64,000 nucleotides of DNA from Saccostrea echinata (taxonomy: Eukaryota), in contig NW_026889803.1 in assembly GCF_033153115.1 (NCBI RefSeq), positions 2,914,001-2,978,000 on the forward strand, read 5' to 3'. The position numbers and the translations under genes were made by a program. This document shows positions 39,748 to 52,931 of this stretch, one piece after another (positions within the stretch are counted from its first letter, which is position 1; the number at the start of each line of letters is the position of its first letter). The notes beneath the pieces are model-generated. The model made no database searches and was not told the origin of the DNA. It saw nothing but the letters and a program-made list of their open reading frames with translations.

Positions 39748-40574
39748 CATATGGATTTGAAAGTTTTCCGTGAACCCACCGTGATAGCCACATAAATTTA
39801 TTTGCTTTTCTGTTTTTTGGCAGATCACAAATGGTGAATTTGGGTTTATATATTAATTTTGGCAGATAAAATTAACGTGAATCCTAGCTTATCCAATTAA
39901 TTCATTTTATATGCATTGAATTGTATATGTAAAATGTGCTTGATCAGCATTAGTGAAAAATTTACGCTCAAGTATAAGAAGGAAACAAGGTTTTTATAAA
40001 TGTGTACAAATGTGTTATTTTATTTGGCATTAAATCACACACATCTCAGGTATCACATGCATTACTTTCTCGATCATAAATGCAAAAGCAAGATTGGGAG
40101 AATGAAATATAATTGAATAATTTTTATTTTGGTGAATCTTTAAATCGCCAAAGTAACATCCACGCAAATAAACTAAACAGTGTTAAAAAATTTGGGTTGT
40201 TTTTTTTAAATAGGCTCAGTGAATCAAAGTATCTATTTTTTTTCACTTTAGTTTATCTAAAGTAAATGAAAATTCCGTTTTGTATTCACTCACTATAGTA
40301 AAACTAAATGAAAAACAAATACATGTATAATATAATTTTGTTTTGATAATATTAAGTTCAAGTCTCAGATCTGCATATAAAAGTTCAATTAAAAGTTTAT
40401 GAAAAAGATCTGCAAACATTACAAGCTGTGCAGATGCAGCTCAAGATTTTTTTTGTCCCCTACCAGAAAAAAATGTGACCATAGATTCCTCTCTATCTGT
40501 ATGCCTGTCCGTCTTTCTTCAAGTTATTCTGAGCTTCATTGAACTTGCAGAAGCTCCTATATATATTTACTAAT

Positions 40575-40890
40575 ATTATACTATCATGTCAATTAGTTGA
40601 ATCTGATTCGTTGAGAAATATTTGTTAAAAAACACTATTGCCCGCTGAATGATGAAGCCACGCCCTCCAGCATAGCAACAGTCAACATTGCTTGACGACG
40701 GGTGTCATTCCAAAAAAATAGCGACTGCGCAGAATTTATGCGCGCAAGGTTCACTGTTATATGTATTTGTATAAAACATTCAGTATACAATAAAAAATAT
40801 TGCATGTAGTTGAGTGTAACATTGAAAATTTTCACCCTTCGAAAACCATTGTCAACCTCTCCTGCGTCTCAGTTGACAATGGCAATATTT
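40575..40890. mobile_element. Second copy of the Crypton-like element at 14411 (hairpin half-deleted)
   Basis: High similarity over ~300 bp starting AATTAGTTGAATCTGATTCG. Confidence 0.7.
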
Positions 40891-42142
40891 ATATAGTAGC
40901 TGATTTTTTGTATGTGAGTTTATTTTGTTGACTGACAGATCAAATTTACATTTCGTACAGCAGGCCTCAAAACTTTTGCCAACTTTGTTTTTAATGTAGC
41001 TAACGTGTCAACTTTTTTTACTTATTAAATTTTTAGACCCAACATTGAATTTATTTTAGCATTGAGTTTTTATAGTTATAGAAGATAGTGTTACTGCTTT
41101 TGACTATGAATATAATGATATACGGGGTATTACATTAGTGTTTATTAAACATACCATTCCACCTTTTTCATTATAATTTTTAGACCCAGGATTGAATAAG
41201 GTTTAGCGTTACGTGGTTATAAAGACAGCGTCACAGTTTGAGACTATGAATAAACCTGAATTGATAAACATTTTGTTGTTTCAGACGGGCTTATCATGTT
41301 CCCCATTGGCGTATTTTATTACGGATATGTGTCTTTGAATAAATTTACAATCCCCAAAAAAGACTAATCTTTGGGGGCAAAATTTGAAGTTTAGAAAAGG
41401 TTTTAAATTTCATAGTCATCATGCAAACAGGCTTGATTTTGATGTCCAGGAAAATGAGAGCTTTTTAAAAGTGTGATAAATTATGCATTGAATTATTACA
41501 TTGCTCATAATTACAACTACGTGCACAGACAAATTTAGTAACACGCGGTAACATTAAAAAAGATAACATTTTAAAAATCATTTTACTTCTATTTTACATT
41601 GTTTTAAAATTCATTCCTCGCTGAATAAGAAACTATTTAAGCTAGAAAGCATCACTATTGTAATTTCTATAGCGAGGAATATTGTGGGGTGTTTTACTTT
41701 GCCACCAATAAAGGCAAAAATGTAGTTCCTATTCTTTCTACATGGTTATTTCCTGATCTCAATCTTTAGTTTTGGACCTTTTTAAGTAGCAAATCACTGT
41801 TCTTTAACTTTAACCAGGTGAATGATAATTTTATATGTAGAGTTTGATTAGAAAAAAAATAATCTTCAGTTTTAATCAAAACTGAAAAAAGTGCAAATTT
41901 GAATCAAAGGAATTATTTTTAAGATTATATACAAGGCTTAGAAATTATACAATAAATTGTAACATTATTTTAAGCCTAGGATTAAAGCCAGGTTCTTATT
42001 ACAGAGAATAAAACAATCAACTATCATGTTTTTATATTGCAATCTAAGGCTTGTTTTAAAAAATTCAAGCTCTAACATTAGGTTAGCTTAAAATACATAA
42101 AAAGAACTAATTTTTGCAGTAAAGAATTTAATTTATTTTGTA

Positions 42143-43401
42143 TCAATTCGGCAACCAGAGCACATCAAATCCCCAACTTGCATTTTTTGCAACGTCCAAT
42201 GGAATCACGGAAAGGTTGACAGAATGTGGCTTAAATTTTCTACTTGTCATATATTCGATTATTTTGTTTGCTGTTTTTTGTCCTCTGTGAAACTCCCATT
42301 CCATGATAAATGCAACAACATTTATATTAGAAAAAAACTTTGATGATTTTTCCAGGGCTTTGGCTTCAAATCCTTCAATGTCCATTTTCAATATAACATT
42401 TTGAAAATACTTTATTTCTGGCAGGTCTAATAAGTCATCCATTGTTATGGTATTCACTTTCCCATATATTCCTTTTGCACGACCAAGTTTTAATTTTTTT
42501 ATATAATCTGCATCGACATCAACGAATGTTCCTCCCATATTATTTCTTTCAACACCAAGATTGACTATGGCGTGTTCATTTGATATAGCATTATGAACTA
42601 AAATGATATTTTTGTGAAGATTACCCTTCATTGCTGATGCACAGATATGTTGAATATTGCGATCCAAAGCTTCAACAGCTAACACCTTTCTCCCAGCTTT
42701 AGCTACACTTAGTGTGTACACACCTGTAAAATAATAAAGTAGTCGATTGACAGAGTTGATTTACTTCTACTAAATAAAAATTGATTTTTATGTACTTTAC
42801 ACTGTACGTATTTTTGAATACGCTTTACTCGTTCGTTACACATAGTATAGGAGTTTTTTGATTCGTAAAGCAAATTCTTGAAAATGTCTTCTTGTTATAT
42901 TTTTTTGTCTCGGCTTAATAAAATAAAATTTGTGTAAAATAATATGCTTCTCTTACCAATATTGGCACCGATGTCAATTAGTTGTAATAATGGGTCCTCT
43001 TTCATCATTTTAAAGATTATACTAGATTTTTCAGATTCGAAAGAACCTCTTTCTTTTAAGGAAGACGAAACCCACATATCTTTTGATCTTTCATACACAA
43101 ATATCGGCGTGATTCCAAACTCAGTTTTCAGGAAGGCTTTTGGAAATTTAAAACATGCAGCACACACATCAAAATTTTTAATCCATTTATTTTCTTTAAA
43201 AGTGTAAATGGATTTCACTAACTTCTGTCTTCTTTCAGGACATTGAATAAATTCCTTATTTCGCAGATTGCTTGCATTTATCTCGTGAAGGGGTATATAA
43301 TCCATGAAAACATTTTCATTATTTTCTTTGTGGTTAAAAAAGTAAAGATAGCTGCAAACAACGATTACACCCACGGTCAAATGAAATTTGAATCGATTCA
43401 T
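42143..43401 (-). CDS. FkbM-family SAM-dependent methyltransferase (Methyltransf_21), predicted type II membrane protein; 2 coding exons (43401-42957, 42723-42143), 341 aa
   Basis: A phase-1 GTAAGA...TTTACAG intron joins LIDIGANI-G-VYTL (SAM motif I); also VLAVEA, NAIS, NMGG, TITMDDL, LKMDIEGFEAKAL, IMEW; N-terminal TM segment FHLTVGVIVVCSYLYFF. Confidence 0.9.
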
Positions 43402-44179
43402 TTTTAAGTCTTCTATTCTGAAAAAAAAGAAGGAAAAAAAACACTTTCCTATAAGTAATTAGTTTAACATTGAATAACTGGAGTACTGTGGAGTAATGTA
43501 AAATTTCGTATATAAGACAATTCAACAACAAAATCGTCCCCACGAACCAAAATTTGACCCCATGAAAATAAGTGATTTTACAGTTTAAGGCAATTGTGTA
43601 GGTAAACTGTTGAATTGGTCTTTAGTTCTGGGAGTCTTCTGCTGTGAATAATTTGAAAATGGCGGAAAAACTTTATGCATTTAATTGAGCACATTCCATC
43701 AGCATTACAGAAAATTTGTCTTAAGAATTTAGAGCTGGCATATTTAATTCCTCTGAAGGCTACCATGAATTTCACTGTATCAGAAAGTTTTCAAAATGAT
43801 GTTCAAATGCAAGAATTGTGATGGACAAAGAATGATATTAGAGTATGGATGAAGCTTTCCCGCTTGTCAGAACATGAGACGAAGCAGAAACTGAAGTCTA
43901 TGAATAGACTTATGGCCATCAAGTAACCTAGGTTTATTAGATCAACGGCTGTATACTGTGTACTTAGAAAATGATGAAATCAAGAAGTTCCATTGAAAGC
44001 ATTGATGGAAGTAGTCGCTGAGGAAAAAAATAATAATTTTAAGGTATCTGTGTAAGAATTGAAAAGAAAGAAGATAGTAAAGAATACATATGCCTAGCAG
44101 ATCCGCTGAACAGTTGAAAAAACACTCAGTCATAACAAATCCTAATACAGAGGGCCAATACAGAATATTTTTCTAAAAT

Positions 44180-44940
44180 CAAATACATGAAAATGATGAA
44201 GATAACGAACAATAATCGATCTTAAAGAAACAACTACAAACAAAACAAATCTGTAAACAGAGCATCAAACATGAATCCCTAGAAAGTTCAGAGGTGGGAT
44301 CAGGTGCATAGGAGGAGTAAGCATCCCTAGATCACAATCGCCGTGAGCCCTATGTATTGCTCAAGAAAGCAGAATATTCCGTGGTCATGATTTGTAGTCA
44401 AATTTAGTATAAAAGCTATAAATACAAAGGCCTAAATATGTCAGTTAAATACGACCCAATGATAGGGTTTTTTGCTAAGAAGATCATTATAACGACCAAA
44501 GAATTTTCGAAATGCTGACTTTAAGAGAGGTTGTTAAAATCCCTGTGCTATCACCTTATTTGTCATTAGCCTGTCTTGGTTTAAAAGTATTCAGAGCATG
44601 ATCTTGAGTATCAAATAAGTTGGGAGACATAAACACCATTTTAAGGTGAAAGTTGAATATTACGTACTACACAAATAAAGAAAGTTGATGATGGAAAGCT
44701 AAGTCCAGTTCGATTGTTAGTTGGCTCTTAAGTCCCTAGTAAGTAAAACATTCAAATATGAAGAAGATATGGCAGACTTTGTGGTGTCTTTTTTTCGAGT
44801 TCAGATATGAATGGAAGTAATTATTGTTAATTGACAAAACGTCGTCGATATATCTGAATGTCGAGTTGAAGGCCACATCAAGTGTTTTCTTCTTCTCATG
44901 TAGAAGTTTTTGAATACATTCTCCTTCATAAAATAATTTT
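44180..44940 (-). mobile_element. Penelope-like fragment (degenerate RT and 3' end)
   Basis: Reverse complement encodes AFNSTFRYIDDVLSINNN; shares the GAGGTGGGATCAGGTGC 3' region with the other copies. Confidence 0.8.
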
Positions 44941-46284
44941 AAAAATCGGCTAATAAATGCATTAAAAACATAAATGAAGAAACTGTACAGTGTACACTAT
45001 CCGGTCACTCTGTATTATCCTAAAAGACAACTTTCATGATTGGGTTGACGTGAGAGCATTAATTTCTGACTTTAAAACCAATGATTGCTTTAATCATCAG
45101 AAAATATGGCAAAAATTGGGTAAAGCTAAGAGAAACAATATACCATATCCGATATACAATTCAGTATCACTGTTTTGATGTTGCTGTATGCACATGGTAA
45201 GAATAAAAAGGTCATTACGATAATTAACTTAAAGAACAATGTCATTTTTTAATGAATTTCAAATGTATCTCGATACGTTGAAACTTTGTACAATAAGAAA
45301 AACTGTCTTAGGTAGAAAATGCGAGTTATAAAGACTGAAATCAGTTGACCACATGCTACTTTTGTTTTGCTTAAGAGTCCATATACCAACTATAATTTAC
45401 GATTCCTATAAGATGAATGTTAACAGCAAAGCATTTCCGAAGAAAAACATTTTAACTCTACATTTTCTTTCTATATACATTATACACAATTTAACCCAAC
45501 CAGGGAAAAACACATAAATAATATAAATAATGATTTACACTTAAGAAAAGTTTTTATATAAGTTTCTTTGTATCAATGCCTGCTGAGTAGATTGTTTTAA
45601 CCTTACCCGATTGATATAATCCCGATGGTTCTGGAGAAGATGAAAATGTTAACAGTCTCTACATCACTGAAAATGTTAACAGTCTCTACATCACTGAATT
45701 CAGATTCTGACCTGACAACTCACTTGATACTGAAACTCAGACGAAGATTAATCAATACATATAAAAAAAATTGTACTCAGTTCCTAAAACGATGTTTTAC
45801 TTCCCTTTGGTAACTGAAAAAAAAAACATAAACGTCAGTGTTGTCTGAAAATCGACCTACATGTATAATTGAACAGTATTATGTAGGTGATATCCAGAAC
45901 AGAGTATTTTCTTGCGCACTAAAATTACTCAACATTCGTGTGGTCCTGATTGTATGATATGTGTAAATCCTCATTATAAAGAATAGGCTTAGGTAAGATT
46001 TAAAAAATTGCTAGTAGTTTATTTTATGAAAAATACCAACTGTCACACTTAATTGACGGAGGATTCGTTAAGCTGAAATATTTGGTCCGCATAATTTTAG
46101 GAAGCACTCAGGTACAACTTGTCCAAACTCTTTCACGGGATTTAAACAGTGATACAAAGCAGCAATGTCTACTTTTTCTCACATTTCCCCGCCGTCACAG
46201 ACATCACTGTCCTAAACAAGCGAATTTCAAGTCAAGCAACATCCTGACGCATGCTGCCTGTAAAAGCACACAGAAGGTCAGATG

Positions 46285-46317
<33 letters not shown>

Positions 46318-46613
46318 ATGTTTCAAGCGTCATTTTCCTTATTAAAAAAAAATACAGGACTATGACACAAGAGCTTCTCAAGTACACGTGTGACATTTCT
46401 TTCTCTGTATCAGGGTGTGTGGGTTGGCCCAAATATGACGAACAATTCAGATTGCAAAAGGCTCGTGACCCTTATTCCTCATGGAGGAAAATCAACAGTA
46501 AATTAAGGTTATTGCACATCAAAAATGCAAATGCCTTTCATAACAACTCGGAGCAAACACCCAAGATTAAATTATCAAAACAGGCCACCTACACTGTCTC
46601 TGAAAAAAAAACC

Positions 46614-46790
46614 CATGGCCGTAGGAACCGGGGGGCACGGGGGGAAACATAGCTACATAGCTACTATGTGCTTGTGCACCCTCAATAATAACGTCTGATG
46701 ACCTTTTTTTTTTTGGTAGTTGATAGTGCCTCCCCAACTGAAAATGTATGGTTGTGCCCCCTCAAAGTGAAATTGCTTCCTACGGGCCTG
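46614..46790. mobile_element. Short hAT-like MITE (related copy at ~47566-47750)
   Basis: Imperfect TIR CATGGCCGTAGGAACC / GCTTCCTACGGGCCTG; flanks match 6 of 8 bp. Confidence 0.55.
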
Positions 46791-47314
46791 AAAAAGACCA
46801 CTCCGTACTTCAATAACTAGAGTCAATTGACTCAATTCTACTTAAATCTTAGGTTCAGACACTCCCGCAATTTTACAGCGATTAAGAAAATGAAAAAGTT
46901 GAAATAACGAACACTGTTCAGTCTAATTAATCTTAAATACAATACAAATCAAAAAACGGTTTGACACTATCTGGTACCACTTGCAGGGTGGCGGGCAGGA
47001 GTTATCTCTCCATTACAACGGTGATAAACATGAATTTCTACCCTTAAAAGTAGAGCTTTTTCATGCTTGGCCGTCTTTAGCAACAACCTTAAATAGTAAA
47101 CTGACATACACCTATCAGGCCGTTATTATTCTTGGGCATTTCATCATCAACTTTTTACTTACATTAGCCCTACCATGTGAAAAAGTTCAACCAGACTTTT
47201 TCCGTAACTTCGACTCTGCTGCTAGTCAGACTTTAGGAGAAAGCCGTACATAATAATTAAGAGAGAGAAAAAATACTGTTCTCTAATTGCTGATCTTGGT
47301 GGCATATAGAGCAG

Positions 47315-47320
47315 GGGCCC

Positions 47321-47351
<31 letters not shown>

Positions 47352-48853
47352 TCTTAAGACCGAACATTATCTTAAGATTGCACCATAGCCGTTTCACAAA
47401 ACTGTCATATCTTATGATAATCTTAAGATCTATCTTTATCTTAAGTCAACTAGATACCTGTCTTAAGTCTAAAGTGAAACTGGCGACAGTATATCTTTTG
47501 GCTAAAAATCGAAGGATATTTTAAGAAAACGGTTTTTAGAGACAGAACAATCCTTTGGACTATATCAGGCCAGTCGGAACGATGACCCCCCCACCCCCCA
47601 CCCCAACAATATTTTGCCAGTAAATATACGATAGAAAACATAAAATGAAAAATGAACCTTCTTTATGTCTGTGCCACTTTATTCATTTCCAAGGCATTTT
47701 CCCTTTTTTGTTGTGCCCCCTCTCAACTGAAATTGCTTCTTAAGACCATGTATATATGTAGGATCCAGATATCATATATTTTTAACTTTATTCAAAATTG
47801 TTTAATTTTGAATTCAATACCCCATGCACAAGAACATCACAATTTCTATGACCAAGCACTGCTAACTTATGCAATTTTTAAAATGGCTAACGTAATTCGA
47901 GATACATGTAGTTTATTTATTGATATGTTAAGTAAATATATTTGAATAAATCAAAATACGAAATATAAGCATTTTTATGGATTGGATAAGTCCCGCCCAT
48001 GAAAGTAAACAAAAATCGAACTTCTGAGTAGCTACCTTTCATTTGAAGACGTTTACTTTAATTTATTTTGTTACATTGTGGTGATTTTTTTTTTAGAAAT
48101 TTGAAAGTAAACATTTCTTTCAGTCTTACAAAATAAGATGAAAATCAAATAGTTTTAATTCTTAGGATATCCCTCATTAATCCACCATAATTATATAATG
48201 TGTATGAAAATTCAGTATAATTACTGCTGTAACATTTCATGCTGCTTGTACATGCTTTCTTAATAGCAGTTGACACTGTACAATTTTGATTAGAAATTGT
48301 TTTTTGTTTCTCTTCTTTGTCTGTTAGCATTGTTATTTTGTTGCAGTAGTTGAGGCGTTTCAGAAACACCTTCATCGAATTTTATAAACAAACTTTGAAC
48401 AAGATTTGGTGTTTTAATAGTATTCATTGCTAATATCACTCATTATTTGCAAAGGTTCAGATACACTAATAGATTTAATTAAAAGTAGTATCACATACAT
48501 TTCGTCAGCAACTACTATTTTCTGAGCAAAAAGACATGTAAGCAAATTTTATTCAATGATTTCTTTGTGATGAAATTAATTCAAATTTAATTTTCATGAC
48601 ACACTATTATTTCAATATTTCAAGGAAAATTTAAGAAAGACAACTAAACTTCGTGCAAACATATTTAAAAAAAATTTCCCTGTAATACTGAAGAATGGAA
48701 TTTGTCTTAAGACTTGTGTTAAGATTTACTTTTACTTAAGACAGTTTTGTGAAACAGCAGTGACAAATCTTATGATTGTCATAAGTCAGATCTTAAGATG
48801 ATCGTAAGATCTATCTTAGGACAAATCTTACGATAGTTTTGTGAAACCCGGCC
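47315..48853. mobile_element. PIF/Harbinger-like non-autonomous element
   Basis: TIR GGGCCCGTTTCACAAAACTATC / GATAGTTTTGTGAAACCCGGCC; CAG on both flanks (CWG TSD); arrays of TCTTAAGA subterminal palindromes at both ends. Confidence 0.8.
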
Positions 48854-49710
48854 CAGGTTTAGCAGGAATCTTGGGGGGGGGGGGATGTCACAATAATTTT
48901 AACATTATATAATATTCAATAGATTTACGAAACTGTGCTCCCCCCCCCCCCCCGAAAAAAGTCTGATGACGTTTATTTATTGAATTATTTATTTATATAA
49001 TATATTTTGCTTCTTAAGGAATTTCTGTATGGTTGTGCCCAAAACTTTTTAAATTATATGCCGAGAGAGAACAGTCCTGGATTAATGGAGAGTTGTGTTT
49101 GCCAGACCAGTAGATATCTAACCTCCCCCCCCCCCCCACACACACACACAAAGACACCAGCCCAATGCAAAATGTGGAATATTATGAACGGGATGCGTTT
49201 TTTTATGTTTTGATATTGACTGATATGCATATTCGTTTAAACTAGACATATGTGATAATTACGATTTTAAAAAATATATACATAGTTTAACGGAATTTAA
49301 CGGTATTAAATTAGAAATGGATTTTTGCTGCTGCAACCAAAACTTTTCATTCTTACTGCCCGAATATTTTCATTGAATAATTCTAGGGCACTAGAAATCA
49401 TTTTATAACACGGACCCCTGGGAGAACCAAAGATGGTATCAGGTACCTAGATTTAAGTAGTATTGACTTAGTTATTTCACAAAAATTGAAAAATTGAGCA
49501 GCATTAAGTTTTTTTCTCTTCTTTTGTAGCCATTGCCCTAAAATGAATACACAAAGAACAGATAATAAGTTCAGATTGACCTACAATATCATCGTAAAGC
49601 ATCATTCATTTTCTACAAAGTACAAATTACATAAATCTTTTTTGTGACTTTAGTCTTTTCTTCAGGTCTAGTTTGATAAGGTTAGTTTTCTTATTTATCT
49701 TATAAATATG

Positions 49711-49817
49711 TCATGTTGTAAATTTTGAATTTACCGGGTGGCAGTAAATACAAATTAAATTTTCATGTTGTATATTTTGTATTTACTGCCACCCGGTAAA
49801 TCCAAAATTTACATGAC
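49711..49817. repeat. Long imperfect palindrome
   Basis: GTAAATTTTGAATTTACCGGGTGGCAGTAAATACAAA ... TTTGTATTTACTGCCACCCGGTAAATCCAAAATTTAC. Confidence 0.85.
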
Positions 49818-50512
49818 AAATAGATTAAAAAGTGAATGATCCTATTTCACCTTACCGGTGTTGTAGAGTAGGATTCCCCCCATAGCCAGCCCCCCCCCCG
49901 GAAATTGTACACCAGAGCAGGATCCCCCCAGGGGAAATCTCACACCAGAGTCAAATTTCCCCCTCTTTCTTTCTCAGAGTAGGATCCCCCCTCCCCCCTC
50001 GTTATAGAGTCAATATAAACCACAGCCGCAATATACTGTGGGGAAAAAAAGATAAACGAGAAACTGATTTTTAAATGGTAAAAGAGTGTTTTTCGACTTA
50101 TATACTGTTCAACTGTAGTAAGAATTTTCTAAGCATATATTTCAAATCATGGAGTCTCAACCCGAATATTTAGATTTCAAAGGAAATGTAAAACTCCTCG
50201 GATCCGATGTTTTAACACTTCTAATGGCACAGCGGTACTTGTGATATAACAACAGCGGTATTTAAAATGTGCAGTATATCAAGGCTATCTAAAGTTTAAA
50301 GATTCAATTTGTTTTCAAAGAAAGCCATTTACATTTTACTTCTTGTATGTTGCTTGAATCCAATGAACGAAAGAATTGTTCGAGTTAGTATCTCGTTAAA
50401 ACGAATTATTTTTTTCATAACGAGTTAGTTATCTCCTTATAACTATCTCCTTATAACCAAATATATATCATGTAAATTAGTTGAATCTGATTCGACGAGA
50501 AACATTTGTTAA

Positions 50513-51316
50513 AGGGTTTTTGTCACGTCTCAAAAATTTTTCATGTGACAAAGTTTACATGTTATTAAAATCATATATTTAAAAATCTTTGCTAGAAAAT
50601 TAATATTGTTGATTATTCAGCGATTCAAAGTTTGAATTTCTCTATATGCTTATTTTGATCGCTGATGCTATGCGCCATTGCTCTGACGTCATAGGTGTCA
50701 ATCCTGGTCAAGCAAAGTACTTATTGTGTATACAAAACGGCTCATTTGTTGTCTCTATTAAACCTGTTAGTAAATAAATAAGTGATAATTGGATAATTGA
50801 CAGTTAGTAAGGTATAATTTGTGGCTTTAGGATGCACAAATGCGCACAAGAAAGGTTTTAGGAAGACTTTTTTCACAATTCCTGGACTTTGTCGAGAAGT
50901 GAAAGGGGGCCCTTTTTTCTACAAATGCGAGGGCTTTGTCTCCATTCAGAACAATCGTTTATGCCCGATCACGATTTTTTTCTGTACTATAAAATATTTT
51001 TCACCATTCAGAACAATCGTTTATGCCCGATCACGATTTTTTCTGTACTATAAAATATTTGAAGGACATGGTACCTTTTTAAAACGAAAAAAAATACCCA
51101 ACACACTTTTAAAGTCGCACAGAATCTAGTACATGCTAGTAGGAATGTTGTGAACTTCGTAATGGCGTACGGCACCATTGAACAGAATTGAAGAAATGTC
51201 ATTTCTGGTACATGATATTCACTGGAACAGATAGAATATTTATATACAGATTATTAAAAGAATGAAGAATTTAGTTATTCGTTCTATTTAGTCGGAAGTC
51301 CCGAGTTGTCAACGGC
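50513..51316 (+). mobile_element. Left end of a Kolobok-like element with a degenerate THAP-domain start, cut off by the histone array
   Basis: Begins TTAA|AGGG inside a Crypton-like copy; remnant VALGCTNAHKKGFRKTFFTIP resembles a THAP N-terminus; ~62-bp tandem duplication at 50942-51060. Confidence 0.5.
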
Positions 51317-52191
51317 TTCTTCACACGATTAAAAAAAAAAATGAAAGCAAAAAATTTAGAAATATTATAAACATTGGGAAAAAGAAAAGGAAAACAAAGA
51401 ACTTTTTCTGTACATAATTCAAAGGGTGTACATGACAACTTTTAAGATAAGCAATTTTTTTCATAACCTGTGATATTGATGTCCAAAATTTAGGATCCAT
51501 TCGAGAAAAATATTAATATTCAAATATTCTGCTCCCCAAGACCTAGCACGTTTTAACACATACTAGAGCTATAACAAATTCATACCATTTGTGGATCCCC
51601 CCCCCCCCCGCACACACACACACAAAATTAATTAAATATAAAATAAATGTGGTGTATGTGTTGTTTTGCAGAGAAACATGATGCACCTTTACAGAGAAAG
51701 CTATTCTGGAATTTGATTGGTATTTTGTATGAATATATGATAATGCTTTTAAAAATACCGGTATGTCACATCTCTTAACAAATATAATATCGCATCATAT
51801 TATGATATTTTAATATTGATATAAATGTGACGGTACTGAAATATTTCTATCTGCCCCCTCCCCCAGAGGGGCTCTTGACTGGTGAATAAACATATAAGTA
51901 TTCCTATTATTAATCATGTTTGTTCACTTTACCCAGGATCTCTGATAATAAACAACTGAAAAAATGCAGTCTTGCAATAGGGGCCTACCGTTTTCATTTG
52001 GTTATGCAAATAAACATTGTATTCATTCTGCTCTCCTCTAGGCCTCTCTGTGCACAAGTACGGAAAGACTATCCTTGGATATGTCCAGGAATTAATTCAA
52101 TTCCAAACTACATGTGCTTAAACAATACATAATCAAATAATATTAATAAATACATGTTACAACATATTCGTTTCTTTTTACGTCTGCTCAG

Positions 52192-52232
52192 AGGTATCTT
52201 TTCTAAAGATTTTGGTGGCCGTGAAAACGGCC
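52192..52232 (-). terminator. H4 3' stem-loop (52217-52232) and histone downstream element (52192-52204)
   Basis: GGCCGT-TTTC-ACGGCC-ACCA followed by AGAAAAGATACCT. Confidence 0.9.
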
Positions 52233-52273
52233 GTTTGTTTGTTGCGCTGCCAAGCACCAAATGCTAGGGGTAC

Positions 52274-52615
<342 letters not shown>

Positions 52616-52931
52616 TTATACGGCAATCCGGCGAGATCGCAATATATATAGCGCCAATCAACGACGTGCTAGAGAGCCTTGTATCTTGAAATCTTCGGTA
52701 GTGCAATTTTCACCTTCCGAAGGCGTACTAGTAAGCTGCGGTATGATTGGTTCCCGCTCAGCGCGCCTTGCATGTTTTGTTTACATTTTGTGTCCTCAAG
52801 CTGTTGTTAATGTCGAGCATGCATGATTATGAATATTATTATTATTTTTTTTCATTTCCTCATATTTATTTTTTCGGAATATTGAAACAATATTTTTCTT
52901 TGATTAATATTATAATTCTTCTTATCATTTA

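Noticed and set aside
38722-43401. Both enzymes are exactly 341 aa
   Set aside because: Different folds and no sequence similarity; coincidence
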